A stretch of DNA of 64,000 bases from Candidatus Poseidoniaceae archaeon (lineage in GTDB: Archaea > Thermoplasmatota > Poseidoniia > Poseidoniales > Poseidoniaceae). A model generated the notes under the pieces. That model did not search any database, was not told the DNA's origin, and saw only the letters and a program-made list of their open reading frames with translations. The first letter of the stretch is position 1. Every line of letters starts with the position of its first letter. This document shows positions 1-11,600 of the stretch, one piece after another. The stretch is from contig CBFIJH010000004.1 in the NCBI GenBank assembly GCA_965662895.1, positions 32,001-96,000 of the forward strand, given 5' to 3'. A program made the position numbers and the translations under genes.

Positions 1-33
1 CAGGTTGAAAAGCCATTTCTGCTTGTTCAACAC

Positions 34-546
34 ATGGACCTAAAACCGTTGGTTTACAACGGGCGTGATGAAGGGATTGAGGTCACGCTGCGTACCGAAG
101 TCAGACCTGGTGACGACGCAACGAACATCACCATCGCCATTCACTCACTTTTTCCTGATGCAACCGTTGAAGAATTTCAGGCCGAGGTGTTTCCATCTTT
201 ACGACGAAAGGAGATTGTTTGCAATCATTTGTGCTTCGATGTTTTTCTTGAACAGTTACGAAAACAAGCCATCCTTGATACGGCGATGGATGCCATGGGC
301 CAGAACTTGAACGGAAACCAAACGCAGTTTGAAATTTCCCGACTTGCGGCTTTCGCAGGAAAAATAGCGTTCGTGTACGATGATGCTCCACTAGGAGGCA
401 GTATTGCAATCCAATTGAAGGGAATTGGCTTACGTGACTGGATCGAAGCCAGCACATGGCACTCTGGTCGGCAAAATGTTCCGAGACAATTGCATGATGA
501 GGATGCTATGGATAGGTCAGGGGAAGCATCGACTTGGCATCAATAG
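34..546 (+). CDS. UPF0201 / archaeal RNA-binding-domain family protein (putative)
   Basis: 170 aa. Segments 'EVRPGDD..IAIHSLFP', 'LRKQAILDTA', 'ISRLAAFAGKIAF' and 'PLGGSIAI' resemble the archaeal UPF0201 (DUF54) family. Confidence 0.65.
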   Translation: MDLKPLVYNGRDEGIEVTLRTEVRPGDDATNITIAIHSLFPDATVEEFQAEVFPSLRRKEIVCNHLCFDVFLEQLRKQAILDTAMDAMGQNLNGNQTQFEISRLAAFAGKIAFVYDDAPLGGSIAIQLKGIGLRDWIEASTWHSGRQNVPRQLHDEDAMDRSGEASTWHQ

Positions 547-1523
547 AATTTGTTGAGAAGTTCTTCAACAATTGGTACATCGGCTTCCAACCAATCAAGT
601 TTGAGCCCTTCGATTGATGATATCCACTTTTTTTCACTGTGCACAGTTAATTGAAGGGCATCGATCTCAGGCGAGTCGACAAAAAATCCGTGAATTTCCA
701 CATGAAGAAATGGATAAGTGTGATGCCAAACCCCCGCTTTCCCGAGAATTGATGCAGTTATCGACAATTCTTCACGAAGTTCACGCTGAAGAGCATCTTC
801 TGGGGATTCATTATCCTCAATTTTTCCTCCAGGAAACTCCCACTTTCCTGGTTTCGGTTCGTCTTCACCTCTTCGCATTGCGAGAATTCCTTTTTCGGAT
901 TGAAACACACCTGCTGCAACTCGGATGGAAGGTTTGTAGAGCATGTGTGAAAGGACGTTTCGGACAAGACTCTTTGCATCCATCACCGAGAATTTGTCAA
1001 TTGTAGGCACATGCAAAAACAAGCAAGGTATCGCAAATTTATGAGCATCGAGCGCTTCAAGCGTTCGGAAATAGGTCTCATTGCAGATGTACTGCCCTGC
1101 ATCGTTTGACAGTTCAACATCGACAGCCCACTCCGAAGTGTTCCATCTTTTGACGGGGACTGGGGTTTGCAAATCACCCGTCCCGCTTAATTGTCCCTTC
1201 TGTACCTGTCGTCCAGAGTTGTCAGAAATTCGCATCTCAAGTCGATCTTGTGCCCTTAATTCGATACGGGGTACCGTACAATCACCACAGAGGCCAAGGT
1301 GGAGTATAGCGTCCCATTCTCTTTGATTCAATTCATCTGCAGTCCAATTGGAGCCTGATTCATCAACGGATAAGACCCGTTTTTCAATCGACACTTCACT
1401 TGAACCTCTTCCAAACGGATTTTTCACCGGAATCAATGACGGGAAAGTATTGACAATGTCTTCCGTTGGATTGGTTTCATGAAAACCAAACGGGCCAAAC
1501 CCCGTCAGGAGAATCCTTGGCAT
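540..1523 (-). CDS. Pyroglutamyl-peptidase I (C15) fused to a C-terminal MutT/NudG-like Nudix hydrolase
   Basis: N-terminus 'ILLTGFGPFG..NPT' with catalytic E (RIELRA), C (AGQYICNE) and H (FLHVP). C-terminal Nudix box 'WEFPGGKIEDNESPEDALQRELREELSI'. Start moved to ATG 1523 (ORF track 1571). Confidence 0.88.
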   Translation of the reverse strand: MPRILLTGFGPFGFHETNPTEDIVNTFPSLIPVKNPFGRGSSEVSIEKRVLSVDESGSNWTADELNQREWDAILHLGLCGDCTVPRIELRAQDRLEMRISDNSGRQVQKGQLSGTGDLQTPVPVKRWNTSEWAVDVELSNDAGQYICNETYFRTLEALDAHKFAIPCLFLHVPTIDKFSVMDAKSLVRNVLSHMLYKPSIRVAAGVFQSEKGILAMRRGEDEPKPGKWEFPGGKIEDNESPEDALQRELREELSITASILGKAGVWHHTYPFLHVEIHGFFVDSPEIDALQLTVHSEKKWISSIEGLKLDWLEADVPIVEELLNKFY

Positions 1524-1612
1524 GACGTTGCCTGGAGTCCAATGTTCTTCATTCTGCTGACAAATTGGCAACAGATTGACAAACCAATAGATGAACCGGA
1601 GTTTGAGGGCGT

Positions 1613-1918
1613 ATGGCTACAACAGGTCAATCCCAATTGAAACCAATTCGTCTCCTCTCTGAAATTTGGAGAGAGATTTTTCTCGGCGTTGGCATGTGGG
1701 GGGCCTTCCGACCAATCTTTGCAGCCCTTTTGGCTGCAATTCCTGGCTTATTTCTCGGTCAACATTTCAACCGGAAACATCGACGTGCATTCGATTGGAC
1801 GTTGCTCCAACTTCCATTAGCACTCACGATTGTCTTGTACATCCCTCTCTGGTTGTGGTCAATTTACGATGCGTGGAGAGATGCAACAATCATTGTTTCA
1901 GAGGCTCGAAAGAACTAG
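1613..1918 (+). CDS. Small membrane protein, unknown function
   Basis: 101 aa with two hydrophobic segments ('AALLAAIPGLFLGQ', 'LALTIVLYIPLWLWSIYDAW'); fills the gap between flanking genes. Confidence 0.65.
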   Translation: MATTGQSQLKPIRLLSEIWREIFLGVGMWGAFRPIFAALLAAIPGLFLGQHFNRKHRRAFDWTLLQLPLALTIVLYIPLWLWSIYDAWRDATIIVSEARKN

Positions 1919-2703
1919 GGTCGCCACAATTGGTCAGACGTTTCAAGCTCACCACTCTTCATTCCTTCCATATCATCGAGGTCGTCTTGATCAAATTCTG
2001 TTGGTAAATCGCCACTGAGCCACGCATCGACCGTTAAGGATTCTATGGCCCAGTACATGACAGAGTCTTCATTGTTTGAGTGGCCTGGATGCTCGGAATC
2101 CTCGTGATCTGCGGGAGACGTGTAAACGAGATTCACAAGACCAAGAAGGTGTCCAAATTCGTGGACCATGACGCTGTTTTCGATATCTTCTGCAGAAATT
2201 CGAGGATTAAAGATGGAAGTTGCATCGTTGATTGAATCTGAAAACAAGGCAATGGTTGAAGCGTCAACTGCGACGCCTAAGACACTCTCATCGGAATACT
2301 TTCCTTCTGGCATGATGACATGCCATCGAAGAACAGATGTTTGTGGAGGAGCATCCATGGTTTCGTGGCCAACATCTCGAACTTTACTTGCTGTCCATGA
2401 TGAGGACTCGGAAAATTCAACTTCGGTCAATTCGATTTGGATGCCATTGGGTTTGTCACATACCTGGTCAAGTCGTTGTTTCAACAAACTTACCGTTGAC
2501 GATTCAGGACTGTACCCAGGAGCATGATCAATTTCAACGACCAATTCTTTGTATTCATCACTACGTAAGCAAGCAAGAGCGAGTCCTCCTGGTACGCCCC
2601 AAGACTCACCAAGTATGGTCTCAATGTCGGATGTGCATCCCGCCATAGGAATTGAAAGCATAAGGCAGGAGAGTAACACACCCATCAATCGTCGCCTTCG
2701 CAT
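1915..2703 (-). CDS. Lipoprotein zinc metalloprotease (metzincin-like)
   Basis: Basic N-terminus, hydrophobic stretch and lipobox 'MAGC'; 'HEFGHLLGL', later 'HPGHS' and Met-turn-like 'SVMYW'. Confidence 0.8.
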   Translation of the reverse strand: MRRRRLMGVLLSCLMLSIPMAGCTSDIETILGESWGVPGGLALACLRSDEYKELVVEIDHAPGYSPESSTVSLLKQRLDQVCDKPNGIQIELTEVEFSESSSWTASKVRDVGHETMDAPPQTSVLRWHVIMPEGKYSDESVLGVAVDASTIALFSDSINDATSIFNPRISAEDIENSVMVHEFGHLLGLVNLVYTSPADHEDSEHPGHSNNEDSVMYWAIESLTVDAWLSGDLPTEFDQDDLDDMEGMKSGELETSDQLWRP

Positions 2704-2742
2704 GTATCCTCCACACCCTAACGCTTCTAAAATCTCACCAAT

Positions 2743-3183
2743 TTACCACTCTTCTGGTAGTTCGAGCGGGGAGAACAGTTGCCCAGGACCAGTCGCCTCA
2801 GAAAGTTGCTGTCGGACCAATTGCTCCCATGCGCGCAAAGCTAAGATTCCTTCAATGAGGTCCATTTCTGTTTCAACAAGCGTAACTCGAATAAGCGTCG
2901 AGAGAATATCCATGCGATCCTGGTCGACAATCTTCAGCACCTTTTCAACATCAAACACGCCAGCGCTTTGGCTATCACCACTCGGTGATTTGATTTCCCA
3001 CGGATGAGCAACCCGGTCACTAATTTCAGCACCTGTTTTGGAAGCATACTCAGTAAGCGAACCGAGGAGGCCCTGGATATGATGCTGCAATACAAGAGCG
3101 ACTTCAGAGACTGGCATAGTCAATTGACCAATGAGATTCACCATCCGCTCCTGCAACAATACCATTGAATCCGTTGCTGACAA
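2743..3183 (-). CDS. Hypothetical cytoplasmic helical protein
   Basis: 146 aa; TTG start preceded by AAGGAG; co-oriented within a minus-strand gene run. Confidence 0.7.
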   Translation of the reverse strand: MSATDSMVLLQERMVNLIGQLTMPVSEVALVLQHHIQGLLGSLTEYASKTGAEISDRVAHPWEIKSPSGDSQSAGVFDVEKVLKIVDQDRMDILSTLIRVTLVETEMDLIEGILALRAWEQLVRQQLSEATGPGQLFSPLELPEEW

Positions 3184-3197
3184 GTTGTCAACTCCTT

Positions 3198-6100
3198 CTA
3201 TTTCTTTGAAAATCCTTCAATGTATTTCCAGCCAAAATGGTTCCACTGTTCTTGTGTCCAGCCCTCAGGTAATCCCGTTGGAGGGAGAGGAGCAATACCC
3301 CGAGGGTCTGGTTGTGCGGGCGGTGCTGTTGCCGCTGGTTGAGGAGACGGAGCCTGCACCGGCGCAGGTACAGGGAGAGGTTGGTTGAGATTCAACTCTG
3401 GAACGGTTTTGGCTTCCATTTCCTCTGTGACAACATCGGTTTGGTCTGCTTCAAATTCATCGTCTCCATATTTCATCTTCCGATACATGACCAACATCCA
3501 CAAGAATGCAGAGAGCGATACAACTGCAACAAGGTACATGAAGATGGCAAACTGATCGTCACTCGCTTGCTGTGCAAGGGCATCTCCATCCCGGACCGTC
3601 TCCTTTTTGACAATGAGCGGGTCGACGTTGTATCGGTCCATTTCAACTCCGTCGATTAGTACCAGAAGCCGATACGTTTGTGATTGGCCAGGTTCGACAG
3701 ACGCCACCACAGGCATCGATGCGAAAGCAGCCATTCCAGCGGATACTGGGATGGTGGTATTGGATTCTTCATTCCAGTTGCCACCATCAACCAAACGTTG
3801 TAGGACAAAACGAACATCGCCTTTTCCACCTAGATTTGCAACGTTTATCTCAAGTTCAGACGTTTCACCGAGCGTTGGACTCGGATTGCTCCAACCAATG
3901 TCTGTGTCTTCGTTAGCAAAGGAAATACTCGGTCCAAGGAGTGCCAATGGCCATGTGGCAAAAGGCTGGTCGATGTTGTTGTTTTGCGTCTCAAACGGAT
4001 TACCGGTAGAATCCGAACCAGAGACCCAGATGTCGACCACATAGGATGGGAGAAGTGTGGTTGCACCCATGTCCGTCAAATCAATTGCACCCGTCCAGAA
4101 GAACTGTTCCCCGAACGGAAGAGTTTCCGGTAAGGCCGTCGCACCTCGCGAAATTTCAGCCTCACCAGCACGGATTCGATAGTGCAGAACGGCTGGGTTG
4201 TTCAAATCAAACCCATTGTCATCAACCGTTTCAAGCATAACCTGCAACGAATTCGCATCACCGATTGAGAGCGGTAACCCGACAGGGACTTCATTGAGCA
4301 TGACCGTTTTGATGGTTGGATTGGAACTATCGACGGTAAATCGCACCCTTGGGAGCGGACTTGTCTCATCTTGCGCAAGTCCAGGAAGGTCATCGAGTCG
4401 AAGACGCAGGTCAAGTTTGCCGGAATTCACCGACGGAACCAAAAGGTCGAGACTGAATTCTCCATTGTCTCTCGGTGAAGTTCTCCAGACGTGATCAAAG
4501 TCTCCAAACACGACATCAAACGCACCAGCAGGTGCTGGAGTTTCATCTTCACTAAACAGGACACGACCAGTGACTCGGAGTGCTTGGCCGCTACCGATTA
4601 AGGATTCATCTCCTTCATCATTGTAGTGATTTGTACCATCTCGCAATTCGACTGCCTTGATGTGACCGGGTTCGGTGTAGAACCTGAAATCGTTATCCAA
4701 ACTCCAAGCGTTCGAACCAAGGCCGCTGATCTTTGAGAAACAAGGCACTTCCTCGCCTTCGTTGCACGGCTTATCGGTCACCTTCAAAATCGGTATGAAA
4801 TGTTCAACCCCATTTGTATCGTATATCTCTGGGAACGACCATGTGAGTTGGAAGCGGGCCCGAATCAACAACTGGTTCGCGTCTTCTCCAAACGTCGAAA
4901 CTTGAGAGTACAGGTTCGATACTGCAATGTATTCGCCACCGGAATTGAGTTTTGCTTTCGGCATACCATTCTCATCTTCTTCGAGCTCGATGAAAATGGA
5001 TGTTTCATCATCGTTGACATCCTCTCCAAGTGCGAATTGTACAAATTCAATATCTTGCCAGCCGTTCCGATCGGAAAGAACCACTTGCGCAGTATACATG
5101 ACGCCAGGATGCAGCGGTTGTTGATCCTCATGGCCAATGATGCTCGAATTTGTTAAATCAACAACAGGTTCGAATTCTTGGCGTATTCTGTATGTCGAGG
5201 CATCAGCATCCCAGTTCGGCATAACTTGGCCTGGTGCGTATCCACAGACCTGTGGCGTAGGCGGACATACGGGACCACCTCCCATTGCAACCTGATTGTC
5301 TTGTCCGTCTTTTCCTGAAACGTATATCGAAACGACCTGACCATGCAAAAGCATTGAGTCATCGATAAGCCCATTGAATATGTTTAATCCTCCTGGTATA
5401 GTCTCTGGGGAGGACAATGTCTTCTCTGCATACTCATCTTCTTGGGGTAACCCATCGAAATTGAAGTCATGACATCCAATGGCGACTGTCGATTTGCATC
5501 CTACCCAATAATGGAGAGTGATTTGCGTCGGTGGATCAACGCTGTCTTGAATGTTGATTGCCACTGCTTGCCCACCCGGTGAAGGCGGTCCAACGTGGCG
5601 TTCTTGCCCATCAAATGGCGTGACACCAAGAACAAGAGGGGAGTTTCCGTCGAGAACAAGCCGCATCGTGTTGTAACCAGGATTGGTAAACGTCGAACCG
5701 TTTGGTAGATTGACCGCTTCGACATAAAATACCATCCCTCCAGGACTTGATTCGATTGGCGAAGTGAAGGATAGATTGTAGGCTCCGAAACTTGGATTGG
5801 ATTCTTCTGCAAGCAACACAGGTTGGCCAATCGGGTCGCCATCATATGTGACATTCTGACCGAGAACACGCAAGTCAAATTCGCCTGAAAGTGGAGACAA
5901 CTGCGAGGATTCAAAGTGGATTTTTCCGAGGAATGAAAGGTTTTGTCCCCCTCTTACCCAATCTTGTGGGTAGAGTTGACGTCCGGACTCATCAAAGACT
6001 TGCAATCCATCGAGCTGTATGTCATTTTCAACTCGAAGTTTCATGTTCTCCGTTTGCCAATTTGCTACCGCAGTGCCGAGAGAGTCCTTGACGGTGAGTA

Positions 6101-8585
6101 ACGCCTCAGTTGCTGCTTCATCATCCCAACTCCAATCGACCGTGACCGGAATCCGAATTGTTCGGACATTGCTAGCATCAATGGAGGATGAACAGTTTGC
6201 GGTATCAAAGACGACGATTCCATTTGCATCACTAAGGGTGCTGCAGGAATCTCCCTGTGTCCACTTGAAGGTCGGGTTCTCTCCATCAGAATTGTTCAGA
6301 GATGCTGTTACCTCTGTGACGAAATTTACCTCATCGCCGTGGGCGACTTTGATGATGAAATTCCGTGCAATTCCGTCTGGTGCAGCCATACCGCCCTCAA
6401 AAGTAGCACCAATTGCATGGGTATTCATTTTGTATGAAATATCGAGATCATTGATTTTTACACGGCCCGATGTCTGAGCCTTGATAGCAAGTGGAACCTC
6501 AACCATACCCTCGCCATTGTCTGGAATGAATTCGTTGAAAGCGTCGACCAAGGTTGGTTGGAACTCCACTTCTTCACCAACGACAGAATCATCGTTGACA
6601 TCAATGCTAGATTCGTTAAGGAAAAGGATACTTTCCCAATCGAAATTGCCATCGCCTCCTACGTCGATTCTCGGCCGGTCAGGGTAGCCTTCTTCATAGA
6701 ACAACTCCAAACTGTCCAACATCGGTGTTTTGTACCGATCGGTTGAAGTCATTGTGACTGCGTAACGTAGGAGGTTTCCGGCCCCGTCCGTTGAGAAACT
6801 TGTCTCGACAAGGTTCTCAGCAGGTTGCCACGTCGTTCCGTCATCATTTGAAACTTGAACGGAAATGTCCGTTGCTGGATCCATGGTCGCCATCCAAACG
6901 GGACGCACTTTACCGACTTTGGTTCCAGTTGGTTGGGCAGGTGAAACCCAAGTTCCACTCGTCTCATATTCGGTTGCATATTCAATGTCAACCCACCAAG
7001 AAACTGCAGTTGAACCGATTAACGTTGCTTTCCAAACCAACTCCTTGCCGGGATGCTGGAAATGAACGGTTGTGTTGGATTCAACTGCAACCCAGTGCGT
7101 ACCGTTGTCTGCAGATACCCAATAATCGACTCGATCACCGATTGAAGCAGCAGACCAAAGTGTTTCGATGTTCGCAACAAGTACATCTTCGGTTGTTTCA
7201 ATGACTGGACCAAACCACGTTGTCGTGCCAGGGGCTGGCGTTGTTTTGTATTGCCAACCCGTACCGAATTCATGATACGATGGTGAACTTGACCATGTCG
7301 AGTAACCTGAATCGACGGTGATGAATCGCTGGCCGTCAAAGAACAGACCGTAACCAAGCGATGAGATGCTGCGAACCGTGTTTTCTGGAATCAAAGCCGT
7401 TGCACTACCAGATCGACCCCAAGATTCGAGTTGGTCTCGGTCGTTGTAATAGTTACCGTCTTGGCAACGCATGAAGAAATGGGTTTGGTTCATTTCAAGC
7501 CCCCGTGCTTGTTGGTTGCTTACACCACATTGCCAAATTGAGGAAGTTGAGGTTTGGAACGTAAAGTAGGCATCGCCTCGTTCAAGATCGCCGGTTGAAC
7601 TAACGGTATAGGACTGTATCCGTCGATTTTGGTTGTGCAATACCCAAATCGTATCGTCGACAGGATCGTAGGTAATCCCGGTATAATCACCGTTTCCTTG
7701 AGGTTCGAAAGAGTTCGTACAAATCCATTCATTTTCATTGGAAATATCAAATTCCAGAATTCGATGGTACACGGCATTTGCCGATGAAGTGTAGAAGTAT
7801 TTGTAACCAGAGAGAATGGCATAAAGGCGTTCGTCATCGGTTACAACCCAGTCACGGAACCCCCACTGCCCGTAGTAGGACGAGGAATGTTTTGTTGGCA
7901 GCGTGCAACCGTTTTGGTCGAGTGTGATGATGCTTTCCCGAGTTGCATTGTTTGGATACAAACGATGGACAATGTTGTGGAATGTGGTTGACGACCAGGT
8001 TGAGAGATACAACCAATCGTGGTGGCGTAGAATCGCTCCTTGGCCCTGCGCGTTGATGTTGTTTGGACTCAGTTTGAGTTGTTGTGAAAAGAGAGCGTCC
8101 GTCCGGTTGGAGGTATGTGGTTGACGAACGGCATATGTACCGTTGTCAAGCCATGCAGTACTTGATGGATTGACTTCTTCATCCAATCCGTGCGTGTTAA
8201 ACTCCTGGCTGGAGTTGGCCATTGCGAGGGTAAGATCTGCGCTTTGGTTGTCCGTGTCGGAAGCAACACCCCCGGCCCAGTGGTCGCGAGTTGTCGTGGG
8301 AATAGAAGACCAACCAGTCGCAGAAGCACCTGACAGAGTCATTTGAACATCCGTAACTTGGGCACCTTTTGGCAAAGCAATCTTGGCCCCACTGTCTGCG
8401 TTACCGCCCTGGTAAAGTGCGATGTATTCAGAGGTTCCATCACTGAACTCATAGGTGTGACGAGCGACTTCTGAAGCTTCTGCTTCTTCAATCCAAAGTT
8501 CACCAAGGGGAGAAAAGCTCATTCCTAGAAAAAGGGCAAGAAGCAGGAAAGCAAGGGAGCGTTGAGAGACAGCGTTCACACTCAT
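3198..8585 (-). CDS. Giant secreted surface protein (beta-rich, probable propeller plus Ig-like domains) with C-terminal TM and Pro/Trp-rich cytoplasmic tail
   Basis: 1795 aa; N-terminal signal; TM 'FAIFMYLVAVVSLSAFLWMLVMY'; tail ends 'PLPPTGLPEGWTQEQWNHFGWKYIE'. Confidence 0.85.
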   Translation of the reverse strand: MSVNAVSQRSLAFLLLALFLGMSFSPLGELWIEEAEASEVARHTYEFSDGTSEYIALYQGGNADSGAKIALPKGAQVTDVQMTLSGASATGWSSIPTTTRDHWAGGVASDTDNQSADLTLAMANSSQEFNTHGLDEEVNPSSTAWLDNGTYAVRQPHTSNRTDALFSQQLKLSPNNINAQGQGAILRHHDWLYLSTWSSTTFHNIVHRLYPNNATRESIITLDQNGCTLPTKHSSSYYGQWGFRDWVVTDDERLYAILSGYKYFYTSSANAVYHRILEFDISNENEWICTNSFEPQGNGDYTGITYDPVDDTIWVLHNQNRRIQSYTVSSTGDLERGDAYFTFQTSTSSIWQCGVSNQQARGLEMNQTHFFMRCQDGNYYNDRDQLESWGRSGSATALIPENTVRSISSLGYGLFFDGQRFITVDSGYSTWSSSPSYHEFGTGWQYKTTPAPGTTTWFGPVIETTEDVLVANIETLWSAASIGDRVDYWVSADNGTHWVAVESNTTVHFQHPGKELVWKATLIGSTAVSWWVDIEYATEYETSGTWVSPAQPTGTKVGKVRPVWMATMDPATDISVQVSNDDGTTWQPAENLVETSFSTDGAGNLLRYAVTMTSTDRYKTPMLDSLELFYEEGYPDRPRIDVGGDGNFDWESILFLNESSIDVNDDSVVGEEVEFQPTLVDAFNEFIPDNGEGMVEVPLAIKAQTSGRVKINDLDISYKMNTHAIGATFEGGMAAPDGIARNFIIKVAHGDEVNFVTEVTASLNNSDGENPTFKWTQGDSCSTLSDANGIVVFDTANCSSSIDASNVRTIRIPVTVDWSWDDEAATEALLTVKDSLGTAVANWQTENMKLRVENDIQLDGLQVFDESGRQLYPQDWVRGGQNLSFLGKIHFESSQLSPLSGEFDLRVLGQNVTYDGDPIGQPVLLAEESNPSFGAYNLSFTSPIESSPGGMVFYVEAVNLPNGSTFTNPGYNTMRLVLDGNSPLVLGVTPFDGQERHVGPPSPGGQAVAINIQDSVDPPTQITLHYWVGCKSTVAIGCHDFNFDGLPQEDEYAEKTLSSPETIPGGLNIFNGLIDDSMLLHGQVVSIYVSGKDGQDNQVAMGGGPVCPPTPQVCGYAPGQVMPNWDADASTYRIRQEFEPVVDLTNSSIIGHEDQQPLHPGVMYTAQVVLSDRNGWQDIEFVQFALGEDVNDDETSIFIELEEDENGMPKAKLNSGGEYIAVSNLYSQVSTFGEDANQLLIRARFQLTWSFPEIYDTNGVEHFIPILKVTDKPCNEGEEVPCFSKISGLGSNAWSLDNDFRFYTEPGHIKAVELRDGTNHYNDEGDESLIGSGQALRVTGRVLFSEDETPAPAGAFDVVFGDFDHVWRTSPRDNGEFSLDLLVPSVNSGKLDLRLRLDDLPGLAQDETSPLPRVRFTVDSSNPTIKTVMLNEVPVGLPLSIGDANSLQVMLETVDDNGFDLNNPAVLHYRIRAGEAEISRGATALPETLPFGEQFFWTGAIDLTDMGATTLLPSYVVDIWVSGSDSTGNPFETQNNNIDQPFATWPLALLGPSISFANEDTDIGWSNPSPTLGETSELEINVANLGGKGDVRFVLQRLVDGGNWNEESNTTIPVSAGMAAFASMPVVASVEPGQSQTYRLLVLIDGVEMDRYNVDPLIVKKETVRDGDALAQQASDDQFAIFMYLVAVVSLSAFLWMLVMYRKMKYGDDEFEADQTDVVTEEMEAKTVPELNLNQPLPVPAPVQAPSPQPAATAPPAQPDPRGIAPLPPTGLPEGWTQEQWNHFGWKYIEGFSKK

Positions 8586-8634
8586 GTTGTCAATGCAGTC
8601 CTTGAAGGATTATCAAGCGTTTGGATAATGGTCA

Positions 8635-11600
8635 CTACGTTGTTTGACGCGAATCGTACCGGATTGGGGAAGTTTCACCCCGACTTCCGTCCTGTTCATC
8701 ATCATTGACTTCAAACCAATCAACCATCCAATCACCGTCCGTATCCCAATTCGTCGGGTCGGTTCCTTCAGCGACATGATCATCGTTGTAGTCGAGTAAG
8801 AACCATCCGAATTCGTGTTCACCAACCGAACGAACGGGGGATGTATTCGGCGCACCTGTGTAGTAAATCTCCCATGGGTCGGTCAGGTTACCACCACAAA
8901 GTACCTCGTGATTTGAAGCATCCTGGACCAAGAAATCATTGTCATTGTCGTTCACGATGTAGGCGTATCGGAAATCATTCCTCTGTGATTTGTCCATCTT
9001 GAGATAATTTTTCACACCCTCGTCCCATTGCCCAATACCGAGCAGATAGGAACGCAGTTGCCATCCTTCAAGAATGACCTCTCCTTCGAACGTCAATCCA
9101 GACAGACGTACTGCATTTGGACTCGAAAGCTGTTCTTCGGTAATGGCGAAATATTCCTGGAAATTCGTGTAGGGTTCATAGACACAACCGACTCCAGAAC
9201 AATCCCAGTTCCCGTCCTGATCGGCATCCTCGTTTGCATCAACAGCATCTCTTGGGTCCATTGTAAACCACGCATACGATAATTCAGGTCGCCCGAGTGT
9301 TCCTGCATTCAGTGAAAGTGGAAGGCACGAGTTGGTCGATGTATCGCAAGTCGCTCCTGTTGCAGGGTCAATCCAGTTCACTTGAATTTTCAAGAAGGAG
9401 GAGTAGTTATCGTTGGATTCATTCCACGCTTTCGCATACTCGTACCAATCGGGAATCATGTCACCATCTGTATCGTTGTCCATCGGGTTCGTTCCGTATT
9501 TGAACACTTCACGACCATCGGTCAAATTGAAATCTTGATAGTGTGCAGTCACCACTCCGTTCAAAGTCTCTGTGATGAACGACTCGGAGTCACCATCGCT
9601 GTCATTGCTGTCCGGACGTGTATCGTTATCGTACTCCATCCAATTGGTGAATGGTAGATCACCAATACCAGCCTGAACAACCTGATTTGATGGTGTAAAA
9701 ATGCGCGATTCCCACTCGCCTTGTAAAGCAGGAACATCGAAGGCAGTTCGGTCGTACCATCCATCTGAATCACCGTCATAATTGACATCCCATGGATTCA
9801 ATGGATTCGCCGCCCAATGATTGACAGTGGTTGGATTGTCCATGCCATACAACGCATAACAATACTCCCAACCATCTGGAATTCCATCCGAATCAGAATC
9901 CGGATGTGTCGGGTCAGAAACTCCAACAAGCGTTCGATTGAAATTGTTTTCATTCAGTGAATTGATGGTATTCATTCGATTGACGGAATCTGGTCCTTTT
10001 GCCATGAAATCATCGATGAGGGCTTGTCGCGCTTGCAAAATGGTCATGCCGGTTTCTTCCATGTAGGCATTCATCGCATCTTCACCGAAATCAACGATAC
10101 CAATCGATGCAGGAACGGATGTACGATTGAGGTATTTCCCCCAAGTTCGCGCCTCCCACTCACGCAAGTTGGAATAGCGTTCATCCAAATCGATGGTTCC
10201 ATCTCGGTTGCAGTCGTAACTATCTCCATCCGAATCAAGATTCACATCGGTTTCAATCAATGGGTTGAGCCCCCATCGGTTCTCGTTCAAGTCCCAAGAT
10301 GTGAACCAGTACTCAAAGCCGTCGTACATACCATCATCGTCGGTATCCGGATTGGTTGGATCGGTCATACCGAGGAGCAAGGAAATGAACACATTTGGAG
10401 GTTCACCCGACTGCCAGGCGTTGAAGTCATCCAACAACCGTTTTCCACGCGAATCCTTTGAAATCAAAATTTGGAACACACGTTGTGCTTTCTTGGTCGG
10501 CTGTTGGACATCTCCATCCTCGTGAAGAAGTGGCGCATCTGCAGGAGCGGCAATCCCGTTATCGGGATTCGCAGTTGCCAATGCGAATTCTTGCACATCA
10601 GCCAAACCATCGTCATCGCTGTCAAACGTTCCATCCCCTGCAACGACGGGATTCAATGTCCATGTTTCCGCAGAGATATTCCATGCAGTGAAAAGCAACT
10701 CCATTCCATCAATGATTCCATCGCCGTCTGTGTCAACGTTGTTTGGGTCTCCAGTTGGACCTGTGAGGTTGTATTGATCCTCTGTCAAGAACGTTCCAAA
10801 CGAGTAGGTGGTTGACGCTGACGGCCATTGCTGGAAGGCGTAAGCAGATCCAAGTGTTGTCACGAACCACTGGGGAGACGAGCGGTTCGAATTGGTTTCA
10901 GATCGCTCGGCGTCAATGAGATTGTATTCTTCCCAATTGGTCATCCCATCGTTGTCAGCATCGAGCCACCGATCGCTTGGTTGAAGTGGATTCAATGTCC
11001 ACTCATCGTCCAAGACATTCCATCGGGCAAACCAAATCTCCCAACCATCCGGCATTCCATCATCATCTGAATCAGCACTGAATGGATCGGTTGAGCCAGT
11101 TTCGATGGGAAGTTGAGCAGCAAGGATTGCCCCACTCGCACGGGAAGCAAAATCAGCCTCAGGTGTACCAAAATCAGAAACATTGTCGAACAGATCGGTC
11201 GTAAACTCACCGGGAAGTTCAACACCATCGAGCGTCTGATTGTTCAAAAACAGACCAAAGCGTACGTGATATTCGAGATAATTCACATACATCTCATTCG
11301 GTGTGAGAACACCATCCTTGTTCACATCGTATCCATCACCATCTGGATTTTCAAACAAATCCGAACCGTTCAATGGGTTAACACCAACACGTTGAGGCGA
11401 CCAAGTGCACTGGCGGTCTGCTTCCCAACCATCGGGTAAGCTGTCTCCATCCGAATCGACAAGGTTCGGGTCAGGAATCGACCATGTCGCAACTGAGTCA
11501 GGGGATTCACCATAATCCTCGAAAAGGTCCCCATTGAGTCCTGCCTCTCGAACCAAAGACCATTGGTACTCGCAAAGATTTGCAAGTCCGTCTTGATCGG

